Origin: Octopus sinensis
Lineage: Eukaryota
Direction of reading: 5' to 3'
Length of the DNA: 64,000 bases
Assembly: GCF_006345805.1 (NCBI RefSeq)
Contig: NC_043002.1
Location: 113,026,001 to 113,090,000 of the forward strand
A model generated the notes under the pieces. That model saw only the letters and a program-made list of their open reading frames with translations. It ran no database searches and was not told the origin of the DNA. Within the stretch, counting starts at the first letter, position 1, and each line of letters starts with the position of its first letter. Below are positions 1 to 13,816 of the stretch, in pieces. The position numbers were made by a program, and so were the translations under genes.

Positions 1-79
1 GACAATATCAAGTATTTTGTTGTTATTTCTTGTTTCTGGATTGTCCAAAGCACAGCCTTCAAAGTGAGCAGCCTGACCT

Positions 80-185
80 TCAGTTGGTTACGACGACGAG
101 TGTTTCAGTTGATTCGATCAACCGAACAGCCTGCTCGTGAAATTAGCGTGCAAGTGGTTAAGCACTCCACAGACAGGCAGACACT
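80..185 (-). mobile_element. 3' fragment of SINE F/G
   Basis: Matches the gagcaggctgttc...cgtcgtaacc tail. Confidence 0.6.
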
Positions 186-537
186 TAGCATCGATTCAAA
201 CAATTCTTTAATGTTACATCATATTCCTTCGACAATATATATTGGCCACCAAATGTCGAAGTGCATATACGATTCTAGCTAGCGCATATGAGATAAACGG
301 TATCATGAGAATTGAAAAAGAGCTTGTTGAAAACTATTCTTTGACTGGTGGCTAGAGACACACGCAGAGAAGTTACAGAGTTCTATCGCAAAAGAATACC
401 AGCTAAAAAGTTTTCTGTTTGGCAAATGAAAGTTATGCATGGTTACACTGTCAGAAAACATTAGAATGACATTAACAGACAACCAAAGTAGACTATGTTA
501 AACCAGCAGCCAATATATTAGCGTTCACCTAGAGGAG

Positions 538-785
538 GGGCCTGGCTTAGTGATTAGGGTATTCGGCTCACAATTGTAAGGTGGTGAGTACCATTCCCAG
601 CGTCGCATTGTGTCCTTGAGCAAGACACTTTATTTCCTGTTGCCCCCAGTTCACTCAGCTAGCAGAAATGAATTATAGTTCAATGAGCTAACCTTGAATC
701 TTCCTGAGAATCTACTTTAAAGGGACGTATGGGTCAGCCACTTGCACATTAATTTCCCGAGCACGCTGTTCGGTGGACCGAATCG
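538..785 (+). mobile_element. Diverged SINE family G (tRNA head, CCTTGAGCAAGACAC block, F-type 3' domain)
   Basis: Similar to the 52885-53195 copy. Confidence 0.55.
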
Positions 786-787
786 GC

Positions 788-876
788 GGATGGATGGATG
801 GATGGATGGATGGATGAATGGATGGACGGACGGACGGACGGACGGATGGATGGATGGATGGATGGATGGATGGATG
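788..876. repeat. (GGAT)n/(GGAC)n tetranucleotide microsatellite
   Basis: Directly visible. Confidence 0.95.
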
Positions 877-1282
877 TGCGAAAGGAAGGAAAAAAGAAAA
901 AATTTAAGATGATGAGTTACAATGATACAGAAATCGTAGGGAAAGGCAGAGAAGGGGAAGCAAAGTGTCCGACTTCTGCCGCTACAGCTTGGCACCCGTG
1001 TCGCCACTGCAGGCGTTGTTGCCGTCAAAACACCAGAGTAGCTGGAACAGATATCACCAGATACCATTCCTGACTCTTTAAGCGTTCGCCAATTCACAAT
1101 TCTGGATTGGAACTTTATTTATTGACCCCGACAGAATGAAAGGCAAAATTGATCCCGGTGATATTTGAACTAGGAGCGCAGAGTCGGAACAATTATTGTG
1201 AGAAATTCTGTTCAAGACCTTGTTAAATCACTACCTTAATATATGTATACGTACATGCATGTATTTCTTTATTATTTAGGTA

Positions 1283-1682
1283 CTAACAGTATCGCCCGGC
1301 GTTGCTCGGGTTTGTAAGGGAAATAACTACATAAGCATTTTTAGAGAGTTATAGCCAAAAAATAGCAAAAAAATGCATTAAAAATGGAAAAAAAATTATG
1401 GTAAATTTTTTTTTAAATCGTTGACTCATCGTAGACATTTTTAGAGAGTTACTTCCCTTATATAATAGCGAAAAAATGCATTAAAATGGAAAAAATTATG
1501 GTAAATTTTTTTTAAATCGTAGACTCATCGTAGACGCGAGCTAATACCCAGAAGGGCTCGATATGAATCACGACTATAAGATACCCGGTTTTGGTTAAAC
1601 TGCACCGCAAAATGTGGGAGTAATTAGGAATCTAAATCGTAGGAGACAGACACTCACACAACTTCACTTTTATATATAAAGA
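1283..1682 (-). mobile_element. Non-autonomous Helitron (family C)
   Basis: 5' TC, 3' hairpin CCCGAGCAACGCCGGG 8 nt before a TTAG terminus (CTAG variant), no TSD. Confidence 0.8.
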
Positions 1683-1732
1683 TAAGGATACCTGACTCAA
1701 GGTCCATGAGTTTCGAGTGTAATATTTATCAA

Positions 1733-2432
1733 ACACACACACGCACACACACACACACACACACGCGCACACACACACACACACACACACTGAGAAAGAG
1801 AGGGAGAAAGAAAGGAGCAATACGTGGGATAGAAGCTCAAACGGAAATCCTGGGGAAAGAAATAGAAAACGTTTTAGTAAATGTGAGGTGACAACGAGAA
1901 AAAGTGTAAGAGAAATAAGAGAACTGGAGAGAGAGAGAGAGCGGAAGAGTGTAGAAAGGGTAAACTGTGAGTGAAGAGAGAAAGAGAGAAAGAGAGAACA
2001 TCAGGACACGTAAGAGTAGTGAAAGGGAAAGGAAGAGAAAAGGAAAGAAAGAAATTTTAAAATGAGTGAGGGAAGGAAGGATATGAAACCGAAGAATGAC
2101 AAGGGTCAAAACTCTACAATTGATGGGGACAGTAACTCTAGGGGAAAGAGGAGAAAAGGAGTGAGAAGAGACAGGAAGGCTGGACAAACAGCAAGAAAAG
2201 AGGAAGGGAGAAACAGAAAGAAACAATAAGAGACTGTGATGATAGAGAGAGGGAGGAGACGAAATGGAGGGAAAGGGAGCTGGAGAGTAGGGAGAGTTTA
2301 GGAGCATTGAAATATATGAGAGGGAGAGCGGGGATGGAATGAATAAGGAAGAAAGAAAGCGGGAGTCCGTAAGGGGCGAAATGCATAAGGGAACAGAGAG
2401 ATAGGAAGAGAAATATGTAAAAAAAAAAAATG
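1733..2432. repeat. (CA)n followed by a purine-rich GA low-complexity tract
   Basis: Directly visible. Confidence 0.85.
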
Positions 2433-3430
2433 AGGGACAGAATCAGTCTGGACTGGTTGTAGTTCGTACCCCTGTCATTGGTATTGCATTTAGTCTATTG
2501 TCAATGCAGTAGCACCCTTTATCTATGTACCCGAGATTCGATTCTTCTCTATTCTACATAACCACCACAGATGAATGCCACCACGAGAGGATGACTAAAA
2601 AGGAGAGTAAGACGGAGAGAAATGCTGCAAGACAAAAGGGAAAGAAAAGTGATAATGCAGCAAAATGTCGTCAGGACGAGTCAGTGCAGCAGATGACCAG
2701 ACTGTCACATGTCGCTGCAGTTTCACATCACTACAATACCACGTGTCATGTGTGTGTGTGCGTGTGTATGTGTTGTTGCTGTTGTTGTTGTTGACGTCAT
2801 AAAAATTTTATAAACTTTCAAGAGAACAAGAAATGGGTTTGGTTTTTTTTTTTATGTTTTTAAATTTCTTTTTTTTTGGAACCATGGATTTCGAAATACA
2901 TTTTTTTGAATAGAAAAGTCAAAGGCTGCCCTCGACTTTTTCTATCCCAAAGCTTTAAGTGATGTGCTTCAAGATCCCCTCTTCGAAAAAATATGTGTGT
3001 GTATATACACACACACACACACACAATCACACGTATGACACTTAGAGATCATGATATCATTACGATACCACATGCTACTGCAGGAGAGACCGTTAGAATT
3101 TTACGTGCTATTGCAATGGTAAGTAGAATAGCATCAAAACCCATTTTGCTACTTGTTACTGACTGATCAGTGTCACAATGACACAGGTCAGTCCAGTAAA
3201 TCATCGAATCATTTGTACATCACCGGCTATCAAGTAACTCCAAACCTTCAAATCAGTGCAATACATCGTTTACACAAGCTTATCACAAAAGCTAGTGCAC
3301 CTTCCGATCGGCATATCAGTCTTAAAGAGCAAGGCAACCGACGGAGCACATATTTCATCACATTTTACCCACAGAGACATTCCAACTCAATACTGCAAGC
3401 TAATATCACCGTATCAAAAAAAAAAAAAAA

Positions 3431-3587
3431 GAGTGGCTGTGTGGTAAGTAGTTTGCTAACCAACCACATGGTTCCGGGTTCAGTCCCACTGCGTGGCATC
3501 TTGGGCAAGTGTCTTCTGTTATAGCCCCGGCCGACCAATGCCTTGTGAGTGGATTTGGTAGACGGAAACTGAAAGAAGCCTGTCGTA

Positions 3588-3682
<95 letters not shown>

Positions 3683-3896
3683 TTGTGTGTCTGTGTTTGT
3701 CCCCCTAGCATTGCTTGACAGCTGATGCTGGTGTGTTTACGTCCCCGTCACTCAGCGGTTCGGCAAGAGAGACCGATAGAATAAGTACTGGGCTTACAAA
3801 AGAATAAGTCCCGGGGTCGATTTTCTCGACTAAAGGCGGTGCTCCAGCATGGCCGCAGTCAAATGAGTGAAACAAGTAAAAGAGTAAAAGAGTAAA
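3431..3896 (+). mobile_element. SINE family A (tRNA-like head, CORE-like block, internal (TA)n, GTAAAAGA tail)
   Basis: A-box TGGCTGTGTGGT, B-box GGTTCAGTCCC, CCTTGGGCAAGT CORE-like block; many near-identical copies in the window. Confidence 0.85.
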
Positions 3897-6039
3897 CCTT
3901 GCCTGATTAGATCGTGTTATTTGTTAACAATTCTTACATTAATCTCAGCAGAGACAACTTATTTACAGTTATTTTTGTTTCATTTTCTAACAAAAATATC
4001 GCCGAAATCTGACTGCATACAATTTTCGAGCCAGTGTCGGTTCCGTATTTGACAAAAAAAGAAAATACTTTCTCATTATCTTTTTGGAGCTGACACCTGT
4101 CTTTAGATGGAGTAAAACAAAAATCTATACTGATATCTCAAAGGATGCCAGTTTTAACTTAGAGGGTTTAACCAGCAACGACTGACAGCGGAATCTTCAT
4201 TTTCATGGTAAATATTCATTATTATATTGTACACATTGTACAATATAAAACTGACAAACCATCGTCTACAATGGTATTAGATGTGAGGGTGACAATGGTA
4301 ATGATGAGAAGTGTAGGTATTTTTGAACCAATCATTATATCAGAATCTCTGGAAAGAAAGACAGCCTTGTTAAACTATAATAGACAAGCCTGTGTGTGTA
4401 CAAGTGAGCACCAACTATTCATGCAGTGTCATATGAAGGTGACGTCATCGAGAAAAAGTTCGCTCGATTTGAAAAGAGCAGTAATCTCCCAGCTGAAAAC
4501 ATTGCCAGTTCAGGATTAGTTCTTGCCTTTCATCTATTATGTAACTTTACAAAACACAGAAGTATCCAATTATAGCAATGGCACCTAATAAACGATCAAG
4601 ATAGAAATCTCCTGACTGCTAAATATATGACAGGAAGAGATGAATATAGCTGTATTGCAGAAAGCAGCATTAAAGATCAAAAGAAATATTTAAAACAGAA
4701 GATTACCAGTTTACTATTTTGAATAAAAGCGGTTATCAGTATGTATATCATGTTTGCATTTAGTCCACAGCTGGTCGAGTTGATGGTGAGTCGTACAACC
4801 AACCCAAGGGACTATGATTTGCATCTTATCTTACACTGTATCCATAGCTGAAGTATTTAACTTCGGCTGGTTCGGGCCATTTAGCTGCAACACCGTAGCA
4901 TAGGTGACAAGCTCCCAAGAACTACTTTGCAAACCAGATTCGATTCCTAATCGTAGCTAGTATAATAAACATCGTTTAAACACAAATTTCCTTCCCCTTC
5001 CTCTTTTTCTACGGTCAATAATTCTGATCCCACGTTGATATGTACCTTTAATAGCTAATGATCTAGTGATATACTCTCTCCCGCTAGTTTTTAGGATTAA
5101 CTGAGTGGGCAGCGTCGTAGCCAATGTCTTTCCACGTCAGTCTCATCCAAACGTCTGAAATCTTGGAAACTAGAGTTCAGTTTCATTGCGATCTCACCCA
5201 ATTTTTTATTCGTTTCAGTCTTTAAACTACGGCTACCCTGGAATACCTCTTTCAAGGGTATCAGTCACATTTTTGTTTTTGTTCTGGTGCCCCAGATCAG
5301 ATCTGACCGAACAGGTTAGGTGGCCGAACGACGAGGCAAAACCCACAAATCCATTTTCTTCGTCCAGTTAAGGACTTTACACCATACTCTGACATGTAAT
5401 GATAAATCACATGGGATGCAGTGTAGCAATATGAGCCTATTACACTCGACCCACTGTTCAGCTATTTCTGAACACCCATGATTTTCTGGTGCTCACCAAG
5501 CAGAGTCGGTTAGAGCCCAAGTTACAGTTCTTCTGCACTTGATAGAGTGCATACCAGAACACTTTTCAGGACCAGCAAGGTTGTAGATGTTGAAACTATT
5601 TCTGTATGCACGTGTTCGGCCTGAATGGGAGTCATGTCTTTAGGATGTTGTTGTGGGCGTCTGAGCGCTTAGAGTCGGATTTTCACATAGTGACGAGGAC
5701 TGTGAGAACTAACGCGTGGTGCGACAATAAACCGAGATCTCTCATTTTTAGTATTTTTATGTTTCATCGTGTAGGTGATCTATGGATATGGTTTGTTAAA
5801 CCTGTAGTCGTTGCTTTGCATTCTTTGTAGATTATTGTGGTTTGTTGAGAAATTGGAAATCCGGTTAGGACTAGCATAATCCATGATGGATCGTATGTAA
5901 TGTCTATAAGTATTTGCGGTTGTTCCCCCTCCCCTCTATTGGCCAAAAGAGGTACGTGTGATTGTTCTAAGCATATTTGGATGTCGATTTGCTTGCTTTA
6001 CAATGCCTTCTATGGTTTTTAGAAATATTGAATATATAT

Positions 6040-6388
6040 AGATTCCTAACTACTCTCACATTTTGCGGTGCAGTTTAACCAAAACCGGGTATCTTATAGT
6101 CGTGATTCATATCGAGCCCTTCTGGGTATTAGCGCGCGTCTACGATGAGTCTACGATTTAAAAAAAAATTTACCATAATTTTTTCCATTTTAATGCATTT
6201 TTTCGCTATTATACAAGGGAAGTAACTCTCTAAAAATGTCTACGATGAGTCAACGATTAAAAAAAATTTACCATCATTTTTTTTCCATTTTTAATGCATT
6301 TTTTGCTATTTTTTGGCTATAACTCTCTAAAAATGCTTATATAGTTATTTCCCTTACAAACCCGAGCAACGCCGGGCGATAGTGCTAG
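6040..6388 (+). mobile_element. Non-autonomous Helitron, 5'-truncated
   Basis: Hairpin plus CTAG|T end. Confidence 0.8.
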
Positions 6389-6626
6389 TTCAATATATAT
6401 ATATATACTGCCAGAAAAAAAGAAACGTAAAGAAATTGGACACGGTTAGAAGGTTTTCTAAATACATGTGTAAACACTGTGACAGTAGGCTCTGGAAACA
6501 CCTATAAAAGTGTCTTACCAAGTTAGAAAGTACTCACACACAATATTTACAAATAATCCAGAAAAATACCACTGTACATATTTATGCTTCTTCAGTTCTC
6601 TGTGCCATTTATTATAAGAGCCAGGT

Positions 6627-6963
6627 AGGCGCAGGAGTGGCTGTGTGGTAAGTAGCTTACTAACCAGCCACATGGTTCCAGGTTCAGTCCCACTGCGTGG
6701 CACCTTGGGCAAGTGTCTTCTGCTATAGCCCCGGGCCGACCAACGCCTTGTGAGTGGATTTGGTAGACGGAAACTGAAAGAAGCCTGTCGTATATATGTA
6801 TATATGTGTGTGTGTCTGTGTCTGTGTTTGTCCCCCTAGCATTGCTTCACAGCTGATGCTGGTGTGTTTACGTCCCCGTCACTTAGCGGTTCGGCAAAAG
6901 AGACCGATAGAATAAGTACTGGGCTTACAAAGAATAAGTCCCAGGGTCGATTTGCTCGACTAA
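6627..6963 (+). mobile_element. SINE family A, 3'-truncated
   Basis: Same head and body as 3431 copy, ends at gctcgactaa. Confidence 0.85.
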
Positions 6964-7387
6964 TAGATCCGAACTTTGGTTAACATTTATTCACTATTCA
7001 TAACAATAAAGTCAGATCATCCTTCGTTGGATTCATCATTTTAATAAAATGAAATCTCGTAGAATAGAATCGGTGCTTCTTCGTTATTACCTAATATTTC
7101 GAAATCATAATCGTTTCTTACCATTTCGATTTACTGATCTTTTTTAAGACGAATATTTCTTTACGACCATGTCTACCAGCCCAGTGAATTTCCTTTGATT
7201 CACTCATTCTAGAACCACAATTTATGGGAATTACCGTTATTTCCAAATGAATTCTCCATAAATTATAACTTGAAAGAGTCTATATTTAACCAAGTCAAAA
7301 TTAACATGTGACGTAGTGTTGTAACGAAGACATTTTTTTTTAATCAAAGAAACGTTTTCTGCAGAGGATGTTGGTTATGGAGGAATC

Positions 7388-7756
7388 GGAGATGCAATGG
7401 CCCAGTGGTTAGGGCAGCGGACTCGCGGTTTCGATTCCCAGGCCGGGCGTTGTGAGTGTTTATTGAGCGAAAATACCTAAATCTCCACGAGGCTCCGGCA
7501 GGGGATGGTGGTGATCCCTGCTGTACTCTTTCACCACAACTTTCTCTCACTCTTACTTCCTGTTTCTGTTGTACCTGTATTTCAAAGGGCCGGCCTTGTC
7601 ACTCTCTGTGTCACGCTGAATATACTCGAGAACTACGTTAAGGGTACACGTGTCTGTGGAGTGCTCAGCCACTTACACGTTAATTTCACGAGCAGGCTGT
7701 TCCGTTGATTCGGATCAACCGGAACCCTCGTCGTCGTAACCGACGGAGTGCTTCCA
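7388..7756 (+). mobile_element. SINE family F (tRNA-like head GGAGGCGCAATGGCCCAGTGGTTAG, tail ...GACGGAGTGCTTCCA)
   Basis: A/B-box-like head; near-identical to the 31763-32150 copy. Confidence 0.8.
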
Positions 7757-7825
7757 AAAAATATGGAGGGATCAAAGCAAGCTCAAAGTGAAAATAACCC
7801 GTTAGAAATGAATATGGCAGAAATA

Positions 7826-8217
7826 ATTTATATATAAAAGTCAAGTTGTGTGTCTGTCTCCTACGATTTAGATTCCTAGCTACTCACACATTTTGCGGTG
7901 CAGTTTAACCAAAAGCGGGTATCTTATAGTCGTGATTCATATCGAGCCCTTCTGGGTATTAGCGCGCGTCTACAATGAGTCTACGATTTAAAAAAAATTA
8001 CCATAATTTTTTCCCATTTTTAACGCATTTTTTTGCTATTATATAAGGGAAGTAACTCTCTAAAAATGTGTTATTAAATCTCAGAACGTAAAAAGCTGCA
8101 GTAACACCCCCCTTTGTGGTTAGCCATATTGAGATGGCTATTATACTTTACATCTCTAAAAATGCTTATATAGTTATTTCCCTTACAAACCCGAGCAACG
8201 CCGGGCGATACTGCTAG
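7826..8217 (+). mobile_element. Non-autonomous Helitron
   Basis: Hairpin plus CTAG|T end. Confidence 0.8.
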
Positions 8218-8495
8218 TAATTTATATAGTGCCTTTTACTGACTTGTTTTTTGTGGGGAGTGGGGTTCTGCCATAGGCATATGACCAGAAATTTTAGTTG
8301 GTTACATTGACCCTGCTCAACTGGTATTTATTTTAACGATTCCGAAAGGATAGAAAGCGAAGTTGACCTATACGGAATTTGAACTCAGAATGTAAAGCGA
8401 GAAGAAATGTTGCTTAGCATTTTGTCAGACGTGATAACGACACTGTGTCAGCTCGCCACCTCGGAGAAGATTTATTATGAAAAACTTTCGCGATA

Positions 8496-8901
8496 TACTC
8501 TTTACTCTTTTACTTGTTTCAGTCATTTGACTGCGGCCATGCTGGAGCACCGCCTTTAATCGAGTAACTCTTTTTTATTCTTTTGTAAGCCCAGTACTTA
8601 TTCTATCGGTCTCTTTTGCCGACCCGCTAAGTAACGGGGACATAAACACACCAGCATCGGTTGTCAAGCAATGCTAGGGGGACAAACACAGACACGCATA
8701 TATATACATATATATATATATATATGTATACATATATACGACGGGCTTCTTTCAGTTTCCGTCTACCAAATCCACTCACAAGGCTTTGGTCGGCCCGAGG
8801 CTATAGTAGAAGACACTTGCCCAAGGTGCCACGCAGTGGGACTGAACCCGGAACCATGTGGTTGGTTAGCAAGCTACTTACCACACAGCCACTCCTGCGC
8901 C
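8496..8901 (-). mobile_element. SINE family A
   Basis: Full-length reverse copy. Confidence 0.85.
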
Positions 8902-9366
8902 ATATGACTATCTCATTTGTTACTTCAAGAATACTTTATAATATCTCTCCCTACTGTCTTTTTAAAAAGAATAGGAAGAGATTTCAAGAGGATTTAGCTG
9001 TTGTTTGTAGCATGCAAAGATACTATTTAGGCTCGGGAACAAACATGGAATTAGACGGTGTAGTCTTCACGCACTTTCCGAAAGTATGACTAAAATAAAT
9101 GCAACTGAGAATAGCGTATGGATCACGAATTATGCTAATTGGGAAATTATTAATCATTAATATGACGCTTGCTTTTATCAACGTTAGAAATATGCAGGAT
9201 CGATTAATTGATACAAATTATACTCTGAATTGGTTGTTATTACACAGGGTTAATCTCAGTCTGTCAATAAGAATTTCTACTGCTCCACAAATAGTTTTCC
9301 CCAGTCTTTCATTTCCTTTAATAATAGAAGTACAAAATAATTTTACTATCTCCCTAAGTTCGCAAA

Positions 9367-9756
9367 TCTTTATATATAAAAGTGAGGTTGTGTGCTGTCT
9401 GTCTCCTACGATTTAGATTCCTAACTACTCCCACATTTTGCGGTTCAGTTTAACCAAAACCGGGTATCTTATAGTCGTGATTCATATCGAGCCCTTCCGG
9501 GTATTAGCGCGTGTCTACGATGAGTCTACGATTTAAAAAAAAATTTACCATCAATTTTTCCCATTTATAATGCATTTTTGGCATATATAAGGGAAGTAAC
9601 TCTCTAAAAATTTATTATTAAATCTCAGAATGTAAAAAGCTCCAGTAACCCTTTGTGGTTAGCCATATTGAGATGGCTACTATACTTTACATCTCTAAAA
9701 ATGCCTATATAGTTATTTCCCTTACAAACCCGAGCAACGCCAGGCGATATTGCTAG
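9367..9756 (+). mobile_element. Non-autonomous Helitron
   Basis: A|TC ... CTAG|T termini. Confidence 0.85.
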
Positions 9757-12279
9757 TTATATATATAACTGCATAAAATATCAAATAATGGAATTCATCA
9801 TAGGCAATAACATTGAAATTCATAGAAGCCCAACAAGTAAATGTTTGTGTAATCGCGAAATGAAAATTGAAAGGAGTCAAAAATGACCGCTTGGTACTTC
9901 TGGTGAAGTCCACATGCCGTAAGGAAATTTTTTTTTTTTGTCCTCACCCCTACCTTTAAAAAAAGAAAAACATTTGTTTCAGTCATTGGACTGCGGTCAT
10001 ACTGGACGCCTTCAAGAGCTTAAATAGGATTAAGTTTGACACTTATTCTCTGTTTCTTTTGCTGAACCGCTGTGTTACGGGGACATAAATAAAATAACAC
10101 CGGTTGTCAAGCAGTGTGGGAGAACTCTTTCTCTCTCTCTCTCTCTCACATACACACAATAGAATATCACACAGTTTCCGCCAGTCAAATTACACTAAGA
10201 CACTGGTTGGCCCAGGGCTAAAGTAGGCTCTTAACCACATAGCCATGTCTGAAACTTTGAGTTTATCCAAATTTATAAATTGTAAATAGTTTTTGATGAC
10301 ACAAGACCACCACCACCACCAAGTTTCCTCGGACTCCAGTGTTTATTTCACTTTAAACCTATAAATGTGTCAATAAACGAAAATGAATTCAAAAACAAAA
10401 AAAAACCCTAATGATGAATGAAATGTTTTTGGGGTTTTTTTTATACAATGATAATTGCGGCAACAAAAATAAAATCTCTTAGATTTGTATACTGATTTCT
10501 ATCTTTGGTCAAAACCAAGCATTGAATCAATTAGTATACAACTGATGTTTATTACGTCAACTCCACCAGAAAGAACAACAAAGTCGACCCCAAGGGATTT
10601 GAACTCAGAATGTAAAAGTACACAAATATGATACTGCAGAGTATTTTGTCTAGTGTTTTACTGATTCTGCCATCATGCACATACATATTAAACTCAAAAA
10701 CCACAAATTTTCTCATTAGTTTATTAAGTTTAAAATTACATATTAGAATTAATAGTATTTGTAAATCATTAATTTTTATTGGTTTGTTTTTGTCGAAACA
10801 AATTTCAACAATAAAAGCTAAAAATTTTCCCTTTTTTTTTATTCAACAGAAACGGAATTCCCTCTTAACATCTATGGTTGTAATAGCAAGTATTCTAGAA
10901 ATCAAATCAATATTGCTATATATTGCCATAAATTTGACAGAAAATTGTTTGACAAAAGCGACCAAAACTTCTGTGTTTTTGTTAGTTTTTTTCTTTATGT
11001 GTATCGTTTAGCAAATTCATTTTCACACGATAATTTACGATTTTAATGTCATGGACAAGAGAAGTACATAGAAAGCAGCTTAAAGGATTCAAAGCATTGA
11101 GAAATTTTTTTTCCTTCTTTGTAGCCATGCCATTATTACCATTAGCAATTCCAGGCATGTGTATGCTTTTATAGAAAATATCTATATTAAAATCTTCAGG
11201 CTGATAAATTGGTTCTTAGCGACCGAGAGATTCAGAGATCCCAACAGAGAGTAATTTTAAAAATTTGATGTCATTTTGGCTGATTCGGTCAGAAATATCT
11301 ATATTTCAAAGCTCCTCACACAATATCTAAGTGTCTTCAAGTATGAAAAGCTTCATGAAATCTAAAATAGCTAAACATAATAATTGCTTCACAAAAATGA
11401 CTTTGACTTTAGATCAAACATAATGATGTCAAAAATATTGCAAAATGTAATGATCTACTTATTTTTCCCCAATGAGATTTTTACAATGGTAGTAGTAGTA
11501 GTTTTTTTTTTTTTTTTCCCTAGATTATTAAGCCTCATCTATTGTGCTGTTACATTTCTGCTGATCTATTCTCCAATAATCTTAAAATGTCATATTTCTT
11601 CATATACACATTTTTATACTTTGAATAGGATTAAACACTCAGCTTTTATTTCTCATATTAATGCTATCACCTGCTCAGTATATGACAATCCCACAAGACT
11701 TACATTAGAAGTAAAAGTTCTAAGATCAATCCTGGTCAAGGCATGCGTTATATAAGAAATATGATTGTTGAATTGGATTAGAGTAAAAGATTACGCAAAC
11801 AATCCATGAAATCAAGTTAATCTACCGCTACATATCCCCACAAACAGAGAAAATCAATTATCAACAAAGATAAAATAATTACTATTTATGCAACTTCTTC
11901 CAAAAAAGGTGCAAATATTTTGCCAAGTAGCTACTTGGAATTTTTTAGCTTAACCATCTTGCTGAAGATTCTTTAAACTTTTCAAAGTTTGAAAAAACAC
12001 TTACAACTACAAAATGGCTCCGGAAGAACTGAATTTTTATTTTAATTAACAACATTTAATATTTCTTATCCAAGCAAAAGAATCTTCCTTGGAATCTTCA
12101 TATTCTACTGATTTAATTTTCACATTCGGCAATAAGAAACAAACTATAAAATAATAAAATGAAACTGCTCTCAAGTTTCCTTTGAAATCAAGCTTTTGGC
12201 CATTCAAAACCAAGGGAACCTTCAAGCGGATCAGCTTTCACTTGATTAGAGACACATCTTAATGTATGATTTATATAGA

Positions 12280-12330
12280 TGTATAGACACACACACACAC
12301 ATATATATGCACACACAAACACTCATAGAC

Positions 12331-12362
<32 letters not shown>

Positions 12363-12630
12363 GTATACAAATATACACTCATAGATATATACACACATCT
12401 ATATCTATATATATATATATATATATATGTATATCTTATATTTGTGTGTATATATGTATATAAATGTGTGTGTGTATGTATACAAAAATACATGCATATA
12501 ATACATATTTGTATATATATATGTGTGTATATAAATATACAAGCATATATATTCATACACACATGTACATATATTCATTAATATATACCATAATGCTATA
12601 CACATTTTTATGTATGCATGTATGTACGTG
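12280..12630. repeat. Compound (TA)/(CA)/(TG) microsatellite
   Basis: Directly visible. Confidence 0.9.
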
Positions 12631-12666
12631 AACCTTTTGTTGTATCAAGATGCATTCTAAATGTAT

Positions 12667-13673
12667 TTTATTAATTAGAAAAAAAAAAGGTATCAAAATT
12701 GAAAAAATACCAAACTAAGATCAATATCAAAGCTATAAGTACTATAATGAATGAAACTCAATAGAGACTACTTTAAAAAAAAAAGGAAAGAAAAAAGAAA
12801 TTTCGGAAGTGTTTAAAAAAGGCATTTCACCTTAGTTAAATTTGATTTTCTTTTAATGAGAAAATACTAATGTTTTATCATTAAAAAACGAATACAAAAG
12901 AGAAGAAACTTGGTAGAATTACATGCAACAAGACAAAATAATAAAGATGGTTAGCTTAACAATTAAATATTAACATTACATATAGTAATGAAAATGGCAA
13001 CCACGTTTTAATATAGACAAAATGATTTCATGAAAAGAAGAACTTGTCTTTTTATTTAGGATTTATTATTATTTTTTTTATATTTAAGTTTTATTTTTGA
13101 TTTGTTCAAGAATATATTTCATGTATGGTCCGCCTTTGAATATAAAAGTATTTAAAGAGTTTGAGTTTAAAAAAAAAATATATATATATATATATAAAAT
13201 TTTAAAAAAAGGAGAGATAAAATACCCACCCACCCCACACTTACTAAGAAAAAAATCACAAAACGTAAAAATATAAAAAATATTGTCATGAGAAAAAAAA
13301 ATTGTAATGAAATGGACATTTAAGAATGCTATAAATCTATTTCTCAAAGTTGCTTCTGAAACCAAGAGGCCCAAAAGGCAACAAATATAACATTTTTTGA
13401 TTTTGTTGGTTTGTTGGTTAGGGTCTGCTTTCCCTCCCACACAGGCTATTGGACCACCATTAGTATTTTAGATGTAGACAGATTCAGTCAGTTAGTTATT
13501 CATGGTCAAAAAGTAACATACTGGCAGTGTGGTTGATGGACTGGAAATGACACGATGGTGGTTTGTTCTTTTTTCTTTTGTTTAGGAAAAAGAAAGACAA
13601 AAAAAGAGAGAGAGAGAGAGAGATGGGCTGAGGGGAAACAAGTCAGGATTATTTCTATATTGCATCCTTGCTT
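12667..13673 (-). promoter_or_regulatory. Probable AU-rich 3' UTR with candidate AATAAA signals (13090-95, 13062-67, 13051-56, 12667-72)
   Basis: U-rich sequence after the stop codon with several AATAAA hexamers on the minus strand; the true end cannot be fixed without transcripts. Confidence 0.45.
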
Positions 13674-13816
13674 CTATTGAGGCTGACAAGTAACATAATG
13701 TTCAGCACGAATTTTGATTTCCTCCAAGTATTTTTCCATCTTCCTATTCAATTCACTAATATCTTCAGAAAGAAGAGTTACCGTTTCGTTGCGCTGTTTG
13801 AAGCTGCTCATCAAAG
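13674..13816 (-). CDS. LAMB1: Laminin beta terminal coding exon w15 ([10 protein letters not shown]...[12 protein letters not shown])
   Basis: acceptor ttttag, phase 1, TAG at 13674-13676; terminal Cys typical of the beta-gamma interchain disulfide. Confidence 0.93.

Noticed and set aside
8661-9089. Recurrent ORFs starting [10 protein letters not shown]..., MLGGQTQTH..., MTTDAGVF... (many loci)
   Set aside because: They are translations of SINE A copies, vary in frame and length, and have no splice or domain support.
10628-11755. Two ORFs of about 125 aa downstream of laminin
   Set aside because: Composition (F/I/L/K/N-rich) is that of random AT-rich DNA; no domains or splice structure.
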